NCBI GenBank assembly: GCA_009691445.1
Contig: SICL01000003.1
Location: 25,834-89,833 of the forward strand
Origin: Candidatus Taenariivivens baikalensis
GTDB taxonomy: Bacteria > Omnitrophota > Omnitrophia > Omnitrophales > Aquincolibacteriaceae
Reading direction: 5' to 3'
Length of the DNA stretch: 64,000 bases
The notes under the pieces were generated by a model, which was given only the letters and a program-made list of their open reading frames with translations, had not been told where the DNA came from and searched no databases. Shown here in pieces: positions 1 to 12,100 of the stretch. Each line of letters begins with the position of its first letter. The first letter of the stretch is position 1. A program made the position numbers and the translations under genes.

Positions 1-44
1 ACCCTTGCTGAAGCGCTGATGATTTAGTCTAATAGGGTCATAAT

Positions 45-113
45 TCGAGATTGCTTCGCTCCGCTCGCAATGACGGCATTGCGAGAAGACCCGCAGGCCG
101 GCGGCGCAATCTC
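45..113. repeat. Family-R palindromic repeat (core gtcattgcgag-N-gcgaagcaatctc and its reverse complement), intergenic copy
   Basis: gagattgcttcgctccgctcgcaatgac is the reverse complement of gtcattgcgagcggagcgaagcaatctc; a second half-unit cattgcgag..gcaatctc follows; the same core recurs at >=8 other sites in the window. Confidence 0.7.
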
Positions 114-174
114 TAACCAGCCAAATTTGTGCAGGACAGCTTATTAATAAATAGATACGGGGAATCACTCATCA

Positions 175-579
175 ATGCTGAATCAAATAAAGCCTTATAT
201 TCACATTATTTTGACGGAAAAAGAATGGTCATGGTCGGTTGTCGCCTTGGCCGCTCTGATCGTAGGTCTTATCCTGCGTAGTTATGTACTAAGACCCATC
301 CTTCGGCGCATCAAGGATCTTGAAAAAGCTGATTACACGGAAGTGAAGAAGCAGTATCTCGCACGCTCTCTCTGGGGCTGGATTTTTTTTATTCTTGCCA
401 TTATTTTTGCTGTAGGCCTTTGGAAAACACCGGTATCTTTTCCTCTTAGCCGCCCCGAGACACTCATTGTGATGGGCCTCATGGCGAGCTTTTTTTTAAG
501 CCTTCTTTTTCACCTCCTCGCCATCGGTACGGCAACCGCCATTGTCTTCGGACAGCATAAAGAACTCTTTCGATCCTAA
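175..579 (+). CDS. hypothetical small membrane protein (3-4 predicted TM helices)
   Basis: hydrophobic stretches VVALAALIVGLIL, IFFILAIIFAVGL, MGLMASFFLSLLFHLLAI; no recognisable family. Confidence 0.4.
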   Translation: MLNQIKPYIHIILTEKEWSWSVVALAALIVGLILRSYVLRPILRRIKDLEKADYTEVKKQYLARSLWGWIFFILAIIFAVGLWKTPVSFPLSRPETLIVMGLMASFFLSLLFHLLAIGTATAIVFGQHKELFRS

Positions 580-655
580 ATTCAAAATACCAAACAATGA
601 TCAAATCCCAACGTTCAAATAAACCTTTTGAATTTTGGAATTTTGAATTTTTTTT

Positions 656-1411
656 ATGTTGACCAAGCGCATCATTCCCTGCCTCGACGTCAAAGACGGC
701 CGCGTGGTCAAGGGCATCAATTTCCTGAATCTCAAAGATGCCGGCGATCCCGTCGACTGTGCCATTGCCTATGACAAGGAAAAAGCCGATGAACTTATTT
801 TTCTTGATATAACCGCCTCCCACGAAAAACGCAATATTATGATCTCCGTCGTGGAGCGCGTCGCGGAATCCATCTACATTCCATTCACCGTCGGCGGGGG
901 AATTCGCGGCGTGCAGGATATTCGGGATCTTTTGAAAGCAGGCTGTGATAAAGTTTCTATCAACAGCGCCGCGATTAAAAACCCGAACCTGATCCGTGAA
1001 TCCAGCGAACGCTTTGGCTCTCAGTGCATCGTGCTTGCCATTGATGCCAAAAAGGAACCGGGATTCGGCTGGCGCGTGTTTACTCACGGAGGACGAAATC
1101 CGGAGCCCCTGGAAGCGGTTGCCTGGGCCAGAGAGGGAGAGAAACGCGGAGCCGGAGAAATTCTTCTTACCAGCATGGACCGGGATGGCACCAAAGACGG
1201 GTACGATCTTGAACTTTTGTGCGCTGTCTCAAGAGCGCTAAGAATTCCCGTGATTGCTTCGGGAGGCGCGGGAAAACTGGAACACTTCTACGATGGCTTT
1301 GTGAAAGGGGAAGCCGATGCCTGCCTCGCCGCCTCCATCTTTCATTTTGGAGAGTATAAAATCTCGGAAGTGAAGCAGTATCTGCGCGAAAAAAAATTAC
1401 CGATCCGCTGA
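656..1411 (+). CDS. hisF: imidazole glycerol phosphate synthase cyclase subunit HisF
   Basis: N-terminal [26 protein letters not shown] motifs typical of HisF (TIM barrel). Confidence 0.9.
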   Translation: MLTKRIIPCLDVKDGRVVKGINFLNLKDAGDPVDCAIAYDKEKADELIFLDITASHEKRNIMISVVERVAESIYIPFTVGGGIRGVQDIRDLLKAGCDKVSINSAAIKNPNLIRESSERFGSQCIVLAIDAKKEPGFGWRVFTHGGRNPEPLEAVAWAREGEKRGAGEILLTSMDRDGTKDGYDLELLCAVSRALRIPVIASGGAGKLEHFYDGFVKGEADACLAASIFHFGEYKISEVKQYLREKKLPIR

Positions 1412-1815
1412 TCAAGTTATGCTAAACTTCTTCGTTTAGGAGATCTTTCATGGGACTCGTTCACGCTACGGACATGTTAAAGAATCCGCGTATAAGACCG
1501 TGGTCAATTCCGAAGCATTGCACTTGCGTATTCCCCAACATCTCAGAATTCAGTTAAAACCTGAAGAAACGCACACAAATAGGGCTCTTGTCATCATCGC
1601 AAGCCGTCGAGTTTTGGATGTGAATCCCGATAACCCCAATGTTTTCTGTACGATTGCTAAGGGCTTGGCAAAAGGATAATCTTATTTCGTATGACTGAAT
1701 GAAGACTCTAGAAGCATCTATTCCCTCCATTTTTTTTAAATAAACACCTGAAAGGCATGAGAAATACCGGCATTTTTATGGCGGCTTTGTGAACGAAAGG
1801 TAAACGCCTGTCTTC

Positions 1816-4800
1816 ATGCACCCATCATCTTTAACTCCTATGGATCTATCCTTGTTAAACAATGACATCCCGCCCTTGCTACAAATGATTTCGTCTTTTA
1901 GTGAAACAGAAATCAGCCGCTTGACGGGGGGAGTTAGCTTCAGAAAAGGCTGGGATTATTTGCAGACGAAGAGATTAGAGGATTTTTTTTGGGGAGAAGA
2001 ATCCATCAGCCTTTGCGCAAAAATCAGAGGGACAAATCTTTATCAAGTCACTCTAACCCAGAATCAAAAAAAAGATAAGATCAAAGGCCATTGTTCATGT
2101 CCTGCCTGGAATAACGGGACAAACTGCAAACACGTTGCCTGCGCTCTCCTAGGGATCCTGCAGTTGATCAAACCTAATTTCAATCAAGGAAATATCAATT
2201 TAGATTATCTTGAAAAAATGCGGGTAAAAATTATGAGTTTCCCAACTCCTGCAGCCACGACACAATCCGGATCTCCCCCGTTGGAATCTCAGACCAAAGG
2301 TCTTGCGATTTATCTTAAAAAAAATCAGGCAGGGGAACTCACCGCTGAATGCAAAAAAAATAATCGCCGCGTCAACGCACTCCGGTTGGAAAACACTCAT
2401 GATTTCAATTCTCCCTATCACCAGGAAGCTTCCAGCACCGAGGCCACTGAGCTAGCGCTTTTCGACTTCCTTCATCAGGCCCAGAAAGACCCTTTTGAAC
2501 TTTATGTTGAAACGGACCAGGGTGTCTTAAGAGCAACCTGGGATCCCCACCTACAAATCGAAACGGAGCTTTCGCTCCATCTGATCTCCGAACAAAATAT
2601 GGAAATCAGATGCGTTCCTTCAAAAGATTCCAAGCCTCTCCAGAATTTTTATCAACTCGGACGCTGCCTGTGTCTGGATTCTGAATCAGGAAACCTTCAT
2701 TTTGCCGAGGATTTGTCGGCCCTTAGCTATTTTTATGAACTTAAAATGAAAATCAAAAAGGATTCGTTTCCTGACAGCGATATCCTTGACCCAAAACCCC
2801 AGTTTCAACCCATTGAATCCATCAAACTTTTTACCTGGGAATGGAATGATCTTGGCATTATCCTGTCACCAAATCTCTTTAAAAAAACCACTTTTTACAC
2901 TCAGGACATCCGGCAGGCCCCTGAGAGTCAAGCCCCTGAATTTCGGTTGGAAATTGAGCAGGATGTCAGGTCTCAAAATTCATACACCGTGCAAACTGAG
3001 TGGCAAATTAATGGCAAGCCCCTCGTTGCGAAGTACCATCCGATACGCGATCTTGTGAAAATGGTCATCAATCACCCCGAACTTTCGTCCATGTATCAAA
3101 GTGATAGAAACCGTGTGTATCAAGCTTTCCTTGAATTTCTAAATCTGCCCAGCCCTGAAGAACAAACATTATTTCAGACGAATTTCTTGAATTCACTTTC
3201 ATTTCGATATTACGAAAGAAAAGAAGCTCGTACGCTTTTTAAAATTCTGAACGATTGGCGTGACCCAAACCTCAATCCCCGTCAGCCTCTCATCAAAGAG
3301 GGTGCTTGGCAGATTATTGAGTACGACATCTTACGCGCATTTCGTTTGCTTGGAACAACGGGATTTGTCCTCAATCATTTGCCAAGCCTTGCTCTTCTTG
3401 AAAAAGAGGAGCGCATTTCAGTTTCAGCAAAGAAAGTCCTTTCCATCCTTCTGGATCTTAAGAAATCCGTTGAAGATCTAGGCGGATCCCTTTACTGGAA
3501 GAAAAAAGAGATCCTCGTTTCAAGTCTGGAAGTTTCGATTGACGCCTCGGTAAGCAATCAAGATTGGTTTGAAATTAGACCTGAAATCAAATTGAATGGA
3601 GAGCCTCTGAACGAAAAAGATTGGCAAAATATTCTGGACTCCACCTTTCTTGAAAACCAATCAGGGATTCATATTCTGGATTCCAATGCCCTTGCAATTC
3701 TAACCCGTCTGAAAAAATCCCTCACTTCCAAACCCGGAACTTTAAACTCCCGGGAATTCATCCCGATTCCACGGCTCGAAATCTTTGATCTCTTTTCACT
3801 GCGCAAGCTTGGAGCCCGGGTGCGATTCTCTGAAAATGATGAACGCATCCTGACCAACCTGATGCATCTGGAATCCATTCCGCCAAGAGAAATTCCGGCT
3901 GCATTTCAGGGGGAACTTCGGGATTATCAAAAACGAGGTTACGACTGGCTTTGCTTCTTATATGAACACCGTTTCGGCGCCTGCCTGGCTGATGATATGG
4001 GCCTTGGCAAAACGGTACAGGCCTTGACCCTTCTTGCCGGCCTTAAAGAGCAAAAGCTGCGAAGTCCTTTTCCCAATTCCAAAACGCCTCATCTAATTGT
4101 GGTTCCGCCCAGCCTGGTCTTCAATTGGGAGAATGAAATTAGAAAATTTTATCCCGATCTTCGCGTCAAACTTTATACACAGCCGGCGGCGAACTTATCC
4201 TTTTCCGATTGCGATATTGTCCTTGGAACTTATGACCGGGTCCGTCTGGATATCGAAGTGCTTAAAAAAATAAGATTTCACGTCATTTTGTTTGATGAGG
4301 CGCAGTGGATTAAAAATATTTTTGCGGCACGGACAAGCGCGGTCCGCCAACTCAAGGGAAACTTCAAAATTTGTTTAACCGGAACCCCCCTTGAAAATCA
4401 CGTGGGGGAGTATTATTCTGTCATGGATCTTTGTCTTCCAGGTTTACTGGGAAACCCTAGAGAATTCCGGTCACTGGCCCAAGAGCAAAACAGAGCCCTC
4501 TTCCTGGACCGAACCCGGCCCTTTGTTCTGCGGCGCCTCAAACAGACCATCCTTAAAGAACTTCCCCCAAAAATTGAAACCGAAGTTTATCTTGATCTGA
4601 GCGAGGAACAAAAACAGCTTTATCACAAAATGGTCAACGAAGTGCGAAATGAAATTGCCAAAGCCTATTCCAAAAAAACGGAGTCACAGGCGAGAATTAT
4701 TGCCCTGACCGCTATTTTAAGGCTTCGCCAAATCTGCGTTTCCTCTCGTTTGTTAAATCCGGATTCTAAAGAACTCTCTCCGAAACTTGAATTCATGACC

Positions 4801-5295
4801 CACAAACTGCTGGAACTGCAGGACGAAGGCCACGCCTGCGTGGTTTTTTCACAATTCACGCGTTTTCTCAACCTCGCGGAAGAAGCACTCAAGAATGCTA
4901 AACTAGACTTCATAAGGATGGACGGAAAAACTCCCATTCCAAAACGGAAATTCCTTGTTGAGAATTTTCAAAATCCAGAAGGACCTCCCATTTTTCTGGT
5001 CAGCCTTAAAACCGGAGGCGTCGGACTCAATCTAACCCGGGCAAGTTATGTCCTTCATCTGGATCCCTGGTGGAATCCCGCCGTGGATCAGCAGGCCTCT
5101 GACAGGGTGCACCGGATTGGACAGACGCAGACCGTCTTCATTCACCGGATCTTGATGCGCCACACCATTGAAGAAAAAATGATGAGCCTTCGCCAAAGTA
5201 AACTCGAACTCTTCAAAAGCATTTTGGATGAACAGTCCAGCACGGGACCCGATCTAAAAATTACTAAAGCGGATTTTGACTTTCTCCTTACTTAA
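1816..5295 (+). CDS. SNF2-family helicase with N-terminal SWIM zinc finger
   Basis: SWIM-like CxC...CxH (CSCPAWNNGTNCKHVACALL); SNF2 ATPase motifs DDMGLGKT (Walker A), DEAQWIKN (DEAQ box), C-terminal helicase domain (LVSLKTGGVGLNLT, HRIGQTQ). Confidence 0.85.
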   Translation: MHPSSLTPMDLSLLNNDIPPLLQMISSFSETEISRLTGGVSFRKGWDYLQTKRLEDFFWGEESISLCAKIRGTNLYQVTLTQNQKKDKIKGHCSCPAWNNGTNCKHVACALLGILQLIKPNFNQGNINLDYLEKMRVKIMSFPTPAATTQSGSPPLESQTKGLAIYLKKNQAGELTAECKKNNRRVNALRLENTHDFNSPYHQEASSTEATELALFDFLHQAQKDPFELYVETDQGVLRATWDPHLQIETELSLHLISEQNMEIRCVPSKDSKPLQNFYQLGRCLCLDSESGNLHFAEDLSALSYFYELKMKIKKDSFPDSDILDPKPQFQPIESIKLFTWEWNDLGIILSPNLFKKTTFYTQDIRQAPESQAPEFRLEIEQDVRSQNSYTVQTEWQINGKPLVAKYHPIRDLVKMVINHPELSSMYQSDRNRVYQAFLEFLNLPSPEEQTLFQTNFLNSLSFRYYERKEARTLFKILNDWRDPNLNPRQPLIKEGAWQIIEYDILRAFRLLGTTGFVLNHLPSLALLEKEERISVSAKKVLSILLDLKKSVEDLGGSLYWKKKEILVSSLEVSIDASVSNQDWFEIRPEIKLNGEPLNEKDWQNILDSTFLENQSGIHILDSNALAILTRLKKSLTSKPGTLNSREFIPIPRLEIFDLFSLRKLGARVRFSENDERILTNLMHLESIPPREIPAAFQGELRDYQKRGYDWLCFLYEHRFGACLADDMGLGKTVQALTLLAGLKEQKLRSPFPNSKTPHLIVVPPSLVFNWENEIRKFYPDLRVKLYTQPAANLSFSDCDIVLGTYDRVRLDIEVLKKIRFHVILFDEAQWIKNIFAARTSAVRQLKGNFKICLTGTPLENHVGEYYSVMDLCLPGLLGNPREFRSLAQEQNRALFLDRTRPFVLRRLKQTILKELPPKIETEVYLDLSEEQKQLYHKMVNEVRNEIAKAYSKKTESQARIIALTAILRLRQICVSSRLLNPDSKELSPKLEFMTHKLLELQDEGHACVVFSQFTRFLNLAEEALKNAKLDFIRMDGKTPIPKRKFLVENFQNPEGPPIFLVSLKTGGVGLNLTRASYVLHLDPWWNPAVDQQASDRVHRIGQTQTVFIHRILMRHTIEEKMMSLRQSKLELFKSILDEQSSTGPDLKITKADFDFLLT

Positions 5296-5647
5296 TGCTT
5301 GTGGTATTATGACCGCTATGATCTTGAGCCGCTTGACAGATCCCAAACTTCTTCGACAGATTGTCCGTATCCTTTTAAAAAGAAAACCCGTTTCCAAAGT
5401 TGTCCTTTTTGGATCGCGTGCAAGAGGAGATGCGACAACGGTCTCAGATCTGGACATCGCTATTTTTGACCGCCGCTGGACGGACCGGGACGTCAATCTT
5501 GCCAAGCAAGATTTGGAAGAAATGCTCTCCACGCCACTCAAAATTGATCTTGTCGAATATTATGGAATCCAAAAGGAAAAACTTCGGAAGAATATTTTAA
5601 AAGAAGGGAAGGTTCTCTATGACAGCAGACCGGGCCAGCGATCTTAA
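5276..5647 (+). CDS. minimal nucleotidyltransferase (MNT-type, TA antitoxin-like)
   Basis: VVLFGSRARGDATTVSDLDIAIF is the GS-x9-DxD nucleotidyltransferase motif; true start probably an internal Met about 5310-5320; overlaps next ORF. Confidence 0.75.
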   Translation: MTFSLLNACGIMTAMILSRLTDPKLLRQIVRILLKRKPVSKVVLFGSRARGDATTVSDLDIAIFDRRWTDRDVNLAKQDLEEMLSTPLKIDLVEYYGIQKEKLRKNILKEGKVLYDSRPGQRS

Positions 5648-6014
5648 ACACGATTACCTTAAAGCCCTCAAACGTCTTCGTGAAGCTGTCGAAGAAGATC
5701 TTTCGAAGGGAAGCATTGTCATTGATGGGACAATCCAGCGTTTTGAATTTGTCTATGAACTGGGATGGAAACTTCTGAAAGCGGTACTGGATTTTCAGGG
5801 CGTCAATGCTCCCACTCCCCGTCAAGCGATTAAAGAAGCCTTTCAAGCCGGGCTGATTCCCAATGGCGAAGATTGGATTGATATGCTTGAAGATAGAAAC
5901 CGGACTTCTCATATTTACGACGAAAAGTCGGCCAAAAAAATTTACCAAAAAATCAAGCGTGTTCATTTGAAGACTCTTGAAGGATTACCCCTCCATTTAC
6001 CAAAGAATATCTGA
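5619..6014 (+). CDS. HEPN-domain protein (HI0074-like nucleotidyltransferase substrate-binding protein), partner of the upstream MNT
   Basis: size, position immediately downstream and overlapping an MNT gene, and R-x4-HxY-like motif (RNRTSHIYD). Confidence 0.7.
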   Translation: MTADRASDLKHDYLKALKRLREAVEEDLSKGSIVIDGTIQRFEFVYELGWKLLKAVLDFQGVNAPTPRQAIKEAFQAGLIPNGEDWIDMLEDRNRTSHIYDEKSAKKIYQKIKRVHLKTLEGLPLHLPKNI

Positions 6015-6180
6015 ACGAGCCCAGGCCTCCTTGCCGCCCCGGATTTTCCTTAAAAATAATCCTGCTATAAAATGCTTGCTCATGAGCGAATAAATTCCCC
6101 CTCTTGGGCTTGATTAATGAATTTTCATCGTGCATACTTCTTGTTAATATTTATTCTACTTTTAGAAAGGGCATATTATC

Positions 6181-9100
6181 GTGACCTCCGTTCCGAAAAA
6201 AATGATGAAAAATCTTCCTAAAAAATCAGTCGCCCTGATCACGGGAATTGCCTTTGCCGTCACCAGCTTTGTCGCTCCCGCGTCTTATGCCGCACCCGTT
6301 CGCTTGACGGTACCGGGTACCGCCGCACCGAGTACTGCGCCGATGCCCAAAGAGTTTGGAGAAATTGTCTCGGAATATCACACCCAGGGAAATCAGACTT
6401 CTGTCTTTCTTATCCAGGATGCTCACGCAATACCAGAAGCACAAAAAAACATTCAAAAAATTATTCGTTTTCTGGCAGACAACTACGGCGTTCAAACCGT
6501 CGGCGTTGAAGGTGCTTCCAAAGAACTCGATACACAAATTTTTAAAAGTTTCCCGGATGCAAAGCGCTTGCAGGAAGTCTTTGATGATTATATGGAAAAA
6601 GGGGAACTCACGGGAGCGGCGGCGGCTGCGATTTTTAGGCAAGGAGCAGAGAGCAAGGAGCAAGGAGTCAAACCCCATGCCCCAAGCACCATGCTCCATG
6701 CTAAGTTTTATGGCTTAGAAGACCAACCCCTCTACGAAGAAGGCCTGAAGCTTTATCAGGAAGCGGCAGGGAAAGAGGCCGACCTCAAGACGAAGTTGGA
6801 AGTTAGAAGTAAGAAGTTAGAAGAAGAGAAGACGAAAGCGTATTCCAAAGCATTACTTGCGATTGATGAAGTCTTGGGTGCTTTCAATGAAAATCACGCA
6901 AATCTGACGGATGTCCTCTTTCTTCTCTCCAAAATCCGCAAACCGGAAAAGGGAAGTGAACTCCGGGCCATTCTGGATGAAATGAAACTTGAGAAGTCGG
7001 ACCGGACTTCGAGTGTGATCCAGGTGAGACGGCTTGCAAAAGAAGTGGAATGCGAAATGACGCAAAGTGCAAAGCGCATAGCGCATAGTGAAAAAAATTC
7101 AGAAAAACGCTTTGCCCTTAGCGCTATGCTCTATGCCGACTTCCACGCTAAACTCCAGCAATTCAACACTTCCCAGCTCACGCCTCAAGCATTTGCGTTT
7201 TATCTCAAAGAAGTGATCACGGAAAACAAGTTACCCCTGAAAGTATCCGATCATCTGCTCGGATTAGTCCGCCATCAAAAAACAGTTCAGGAAATTCAGG
7301 GAACAAAGCTGTTCAAAGATCTTGAAACCTACGCAGCGGCCATCAAAGAATCCCTTTTTGAAAATGCCGGACAGCGGGACCTCGATCGCAAGACGCATCA
7401 GCTTCAGCTGCTCACCAAACTCACAAAGCTTGAGCTCGCGAGGGAAGAGTGGGAAGAAGTAAAAAGGTTAGAAGTCGGAGGTTGGAAGTTGGAAGGAAAA
7501 TCGTCTTCACTTCAAACTCCTCATCTGTCTTTCTACCGCAACGCCGAAGCCCGGGAACGAGCCTTCCTGACGAAGTTAGACGTTAGAAGTTCGAAGTTAG
7601 AAGAGAAAAACCGCAGAGGCTCGTTACTTCCATCCTCCAACTTCAAACTTCAAACTTCTATCGTGGTCGCTGGCGGCTTCCACACCCAGGGCCTGGCCCA
7701 CAATCTCAAAGCCCGTGGAATTTCCTATCAAGTCATTATGCCGCGTATCCAGTCGCTTCCTGAACAGTCTTCTTACCGGGAGCAGATGAAAGGGAATGTT
7801 TCGTGGTCTTCTTATATGAAAGCAAAAGATGGACGGGTTAATTTGTATGAAGCTTTTACACGCGCTACGCGCGATAAACTCTTGAAGTTAGACGTTAGAA
7901 GTTTGAAGTTAGAAGAAAAAGAAGGAAATCAACCTGTCCAACTTCCGACCTCTAACTTGCAACTTCTTAAGCCTTGGCGAGACCAAATCCTAATCGACCT
8001 CGCTCAAACCGAACAGCTCGACAAGGCCGGAGAGTACACGCGGTTCATTGACGAAATCAGCAGAGAGCATAGTGCAGACCTGCCCGCCGAAGCGAAGCGG
8101 CAGGCGGGGAGCAGAGGGTCTGACTCTATGCCCTATGCCCTTAGCTCTATGCATCAGAAGTGGCAAGCCGCCGTTAAAAAATTTACCGATGGAATAATCC
8201 GCCTTGAATCCCAGGGCCGGTACACGCCGGATAATATCGTTCGCCTTCTTCAGCCTGCGACGATTCTTCCTGAAACGGGATTGGGACAATTTAATCCCGG
8301 ACAAACCTTTCCAGTATTTAGAGAAGGTCCGATGAGCGCGGAAGGGTTAACGGGTAAGCCGGTGCGCGGGTTCACGGGTACGAGCGCTCGCATACCCGCA
8401 TACACGCGTACCCGCACACGACAACCTCGCTCCGAAGCAAGAAATAATCTGCAATTAGGAGGGCCAAATGGAACGATTCGGTGGGTAGACATGAAATGGG
8501 GAAGCCAGCAGCTTCAACTTTCAGAAGCCATTCAATCTATGAATGATCCTGACATAAGCATAGCTCAAACCATAAAGGCCATAAAAGATTTTTATCTTGC
8601 GATTCAAGAAAGCGGAGAGGACGGGATGTATGATAGCATCGACAAACAGGATATCCTGACTGGGAACCTGCCTAACTTTTTACGCGCCTTGGGGATGCCC
8701 AAAAGCGACTCCGGAGAATCATTAACAGAAGCAGAAGCTCAATTTTCTTTTAATTATTTAAAAGAGCGATTCCATGATTTAGAATCTTTGAACGTTTCGT
8801 TTACAGGTTTGAATAATCCCTCTCTCAAGATCGAAATCTACTGGTGGATTTTTGTGCTTCTGTTAGTGGCTGATCACAACACGGCATCAGCGTCATCCGC
8901 CGACATTCAGGCTCTTTCAGAGACTGAAGAACTTTTGGCTCTGCTGATCTGTGCTATTTCCAGCGATCATGTGAGAGGACAAATTTCACAAAATCCCAAG
9001 GATTTGATTGAATCAAGATTGCTGGACTTGACCCGTACACAGCCTTTGCTTGGAAAATCCATTTCGAAAATCATGCGGCATTGGGATCCTTGGATTTCTG

Positions 9101-12100
9101 AAGGACAACGGATATGGATGGAGGCGGTGCATGCGGTCGGAGATGCCCAAGATGGGCAAGACTTTGAGCTGAAACCGGATCGTGCTGTTTCCGAGGCCTC
9201 GAAAGCCAAAAGATTATTTGATAAACTCACCGAATTAACCAATGTGTTAAAACCCAGTAACTCGGAAGAACTACGCCATTGGAATGAGCCTCTTACCACA
9301 GCCGTTGAAATAGCCTCTCAAGCGGAGACCGTTTTATTTGACGGTGCTCGTGCGGCTTTTTTGGGGGCAAAACAACCCGGATCTGATTTCTCCTGGGGAA
9401 CGGATTTTCAATTTTCGTGGCTGGAAGAAATGGCCCGGAAGGGTTGGAAACAAATCGCGTTTGTTGTAGATGATACCTACACCAAGGATTTGATCACTTT
9501 TTTTCCTTCTGAAGATCAAATCTCCGGCGATCAAATGGTTCTGAGTTTGGAAAAATACCTACATCTTCCTCAAGAAGCAACTCTGCGTGATTATTTACAT
9601 CTGCCCAAGGAGCATGAAAATCCAAGAGTGACTCGCGCGATTCAGTTTTGGCAAAGAATGAGAAGCCTTGTTCAGAAGCAAAACCTAAAAATTCATTTGA
9701 TTGTTTATCAACCTTTTGAAACGCACGAGCAAAACGAATGGCTTGAAAAAACTCCGGGTAAAAAGATTTTGTGGGATTCTTTGTTGGTTATGAGGCCTTA
9801 CAAAACAACCGGCATGGTTTCTATTGCGCAGTTTCTGACAAGAAATCAATACGAACAAGAAACCTTCAATCCGCCACTCGCCGTATCTTATGCGGCGCAT
9901 CAAGCCGCGATGGATCAGGGATGGGGGGAGTATCACTCAGTCGGATTCAAATTATCTAAACGCTTGGAAAATTTTATGCTTGCACAGCCTTTGATAAAAA
10001 CACCTCGTTCCATTTCTCTTGCGCGCCTGGACAGTGTGGATTTTTCAATTTATACAGGATCGGATGACGGAAAATTAGACGAGATGGAAATAGGTCTTCC
10101 CGAAGCTCCGGAAAAAGTCCCTGGTCCGAATGTTTTAGAACCCACCACCCGCTCCGAAGTGCGGGGCGGAGAAGGTGATTGGAGAACACGAGGTACGCCC
10201 ATCCAAGATTTTTCACGGCAAAAAATGGAAAAAAATGCTTATGAAGAGCTGGATGTTCCACGGAATGCAAGTGAGGATGAAATCAAAAGGGCATTTCGAA
10301 AACTAGCCGTTATCCATCACCCGGATAAAAATCCAAGTGACCGCCAAGGAGCGGAAGTGAAATTTAAGCGTTTAGGGGTTGCCTATGAACTTTTAATGGA
10401 CCCAGACCAGCGACGAGTCTATGATCAATTGCTTGATTCCAACTCGGCTCCGCGACCAAGCTCTTCCACGTTTACTGGTTACAAAGACCGGGCAGAAGTG
10501 CCTAACCGTGTCATGAGCTACGACGATATTGACAGGCACATCGACGAGATTCCCAAAGCACACCGGCCCAGCATCGGCTTTAACCTCGAAAGAGATCCAC
10601 AAGGGGGAGCCGTTTTGAACATTATCACAGAATACACGAAACAGTTGTGGAAGCAGGAAACGAACATTTTAGATTTTACTGCGCATAAAAATGAAGTTTT
10701 TATACTCCATCCTCGCTCCGCAAAGATAGCGGATAAACACGAGATTCATTGGTTTAATGGCTTTGGCTATTATCTTGTTTTATCCGAAGACGATCTCATT
10801 AAGTCATTTCCTGTCGTAGCTAAACGATTTGGATTTAAAAAGGAAATTAAAAACGATCCGCGCTTCATGACGCGGGTGGATATCTTCAATCAACTAAACA
10901 TGGATGAAAGTTGGAGTAAGCGAGGCAATTCCAAGCCTACGCTTCCAGGGATTAAAGCGTTAGTGGTTGGAAACCCGGGGAAAGATTTTTTGTGGATCTA
11001 TACGGAAATTTCGGCTGACCCTGTGGGAATCAATAACATTGTTGGCTTTTCACGTGAGCAGCACAACTTTTTTGTTCTTCATCACGATACGCCGGAAAGT
11101 CCTGAACCTATGATCTCAAGGTTTGATTCCGAAGGCCGGTTTGAACCCACTGTTTCCAGCGAGACGGTCTGGCCTGATTTTCCGGAGACAGCTTTGGAGT
11201 TCAAATTACCTCCGGTCAAAATAAAAATGAACGCCGAAGGACCGGCGATGAGAAGGGGGGAAATCATACTCCGGAATCAGGATTTATTGCAAGCTGCTAC
11301 GGCGGCCAGAATGAAGCTTGGGCCTCATCTCCCTCTAAATCCCGGGGATTTGGAAGTTGACACCAGGGAGAGAGAGCAGTGGTTCAGACGTAAACTTACC
11401 GGCGTTACGGCTTATACCATTTTTCAGAACCATTTTTTTGGGGTCAAACGCCGCGAGGGAGAGGATATCACAATTGCGCGGATTTCTGGCGATAACCCCG
11501 GAGCCGCTCAGCTCCTTAGCCGGAAAGAGCTCCTCGATCAATATCCGATTGTTGCGGCAGAATTCTCCCTCCGCTCCGAGGTGAGGGAAAAAGAGGTAGC
11601 GGGTTTGCGGGTAACTCGGTTAACGGGGGAACAGCCCGCCCCCGCCACTCAATCTTTGGCGGACAAGCGCACACAGGCTCACTCGCTCACCGGCACACCC
11701 GATTCCTCCCGTTCCGAAGTGAGGGGAGTCAGTAGCCGATCATTCTTGAAGACATTGGCCGTAGCTGCAAGCGCAATAGCTTTCCACCCACTCACCGCTT
11801 CAAGTCAGATGAATCCAGAAAATCAAACCATCAGCAAAATGCGCGATCTTTTTATTCCGGGCCGAGGAATTGATCGGACCACAGGGTATCCGCTTGATGT
11901 TGTGATCGGATCTGAAGGATGGAAAACAACTCAGCCCACGAGCATTGGTTTCCGGGCCGAAGAGCTGGCCTTATCCGCATCGAATAGGCTTCCCGTAAAA
12001 ACCGGCGGCGCCGCAACCGCGCAAGCCGAGGATCTTCAAACTCTCACAGAATTATTAACCCGGCTCCAAGGGGATCAAAAGTCGTCGCTTGCCTGGAAAG

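Noticed and set aside
479-1415. Minus-strand ORFs 479..1087 and 1167..1415 and plus ORF 996..1241 overlapping hisF
   Set aside because: Antisense/out-of-frame shadows of a well-supported hisF gene.
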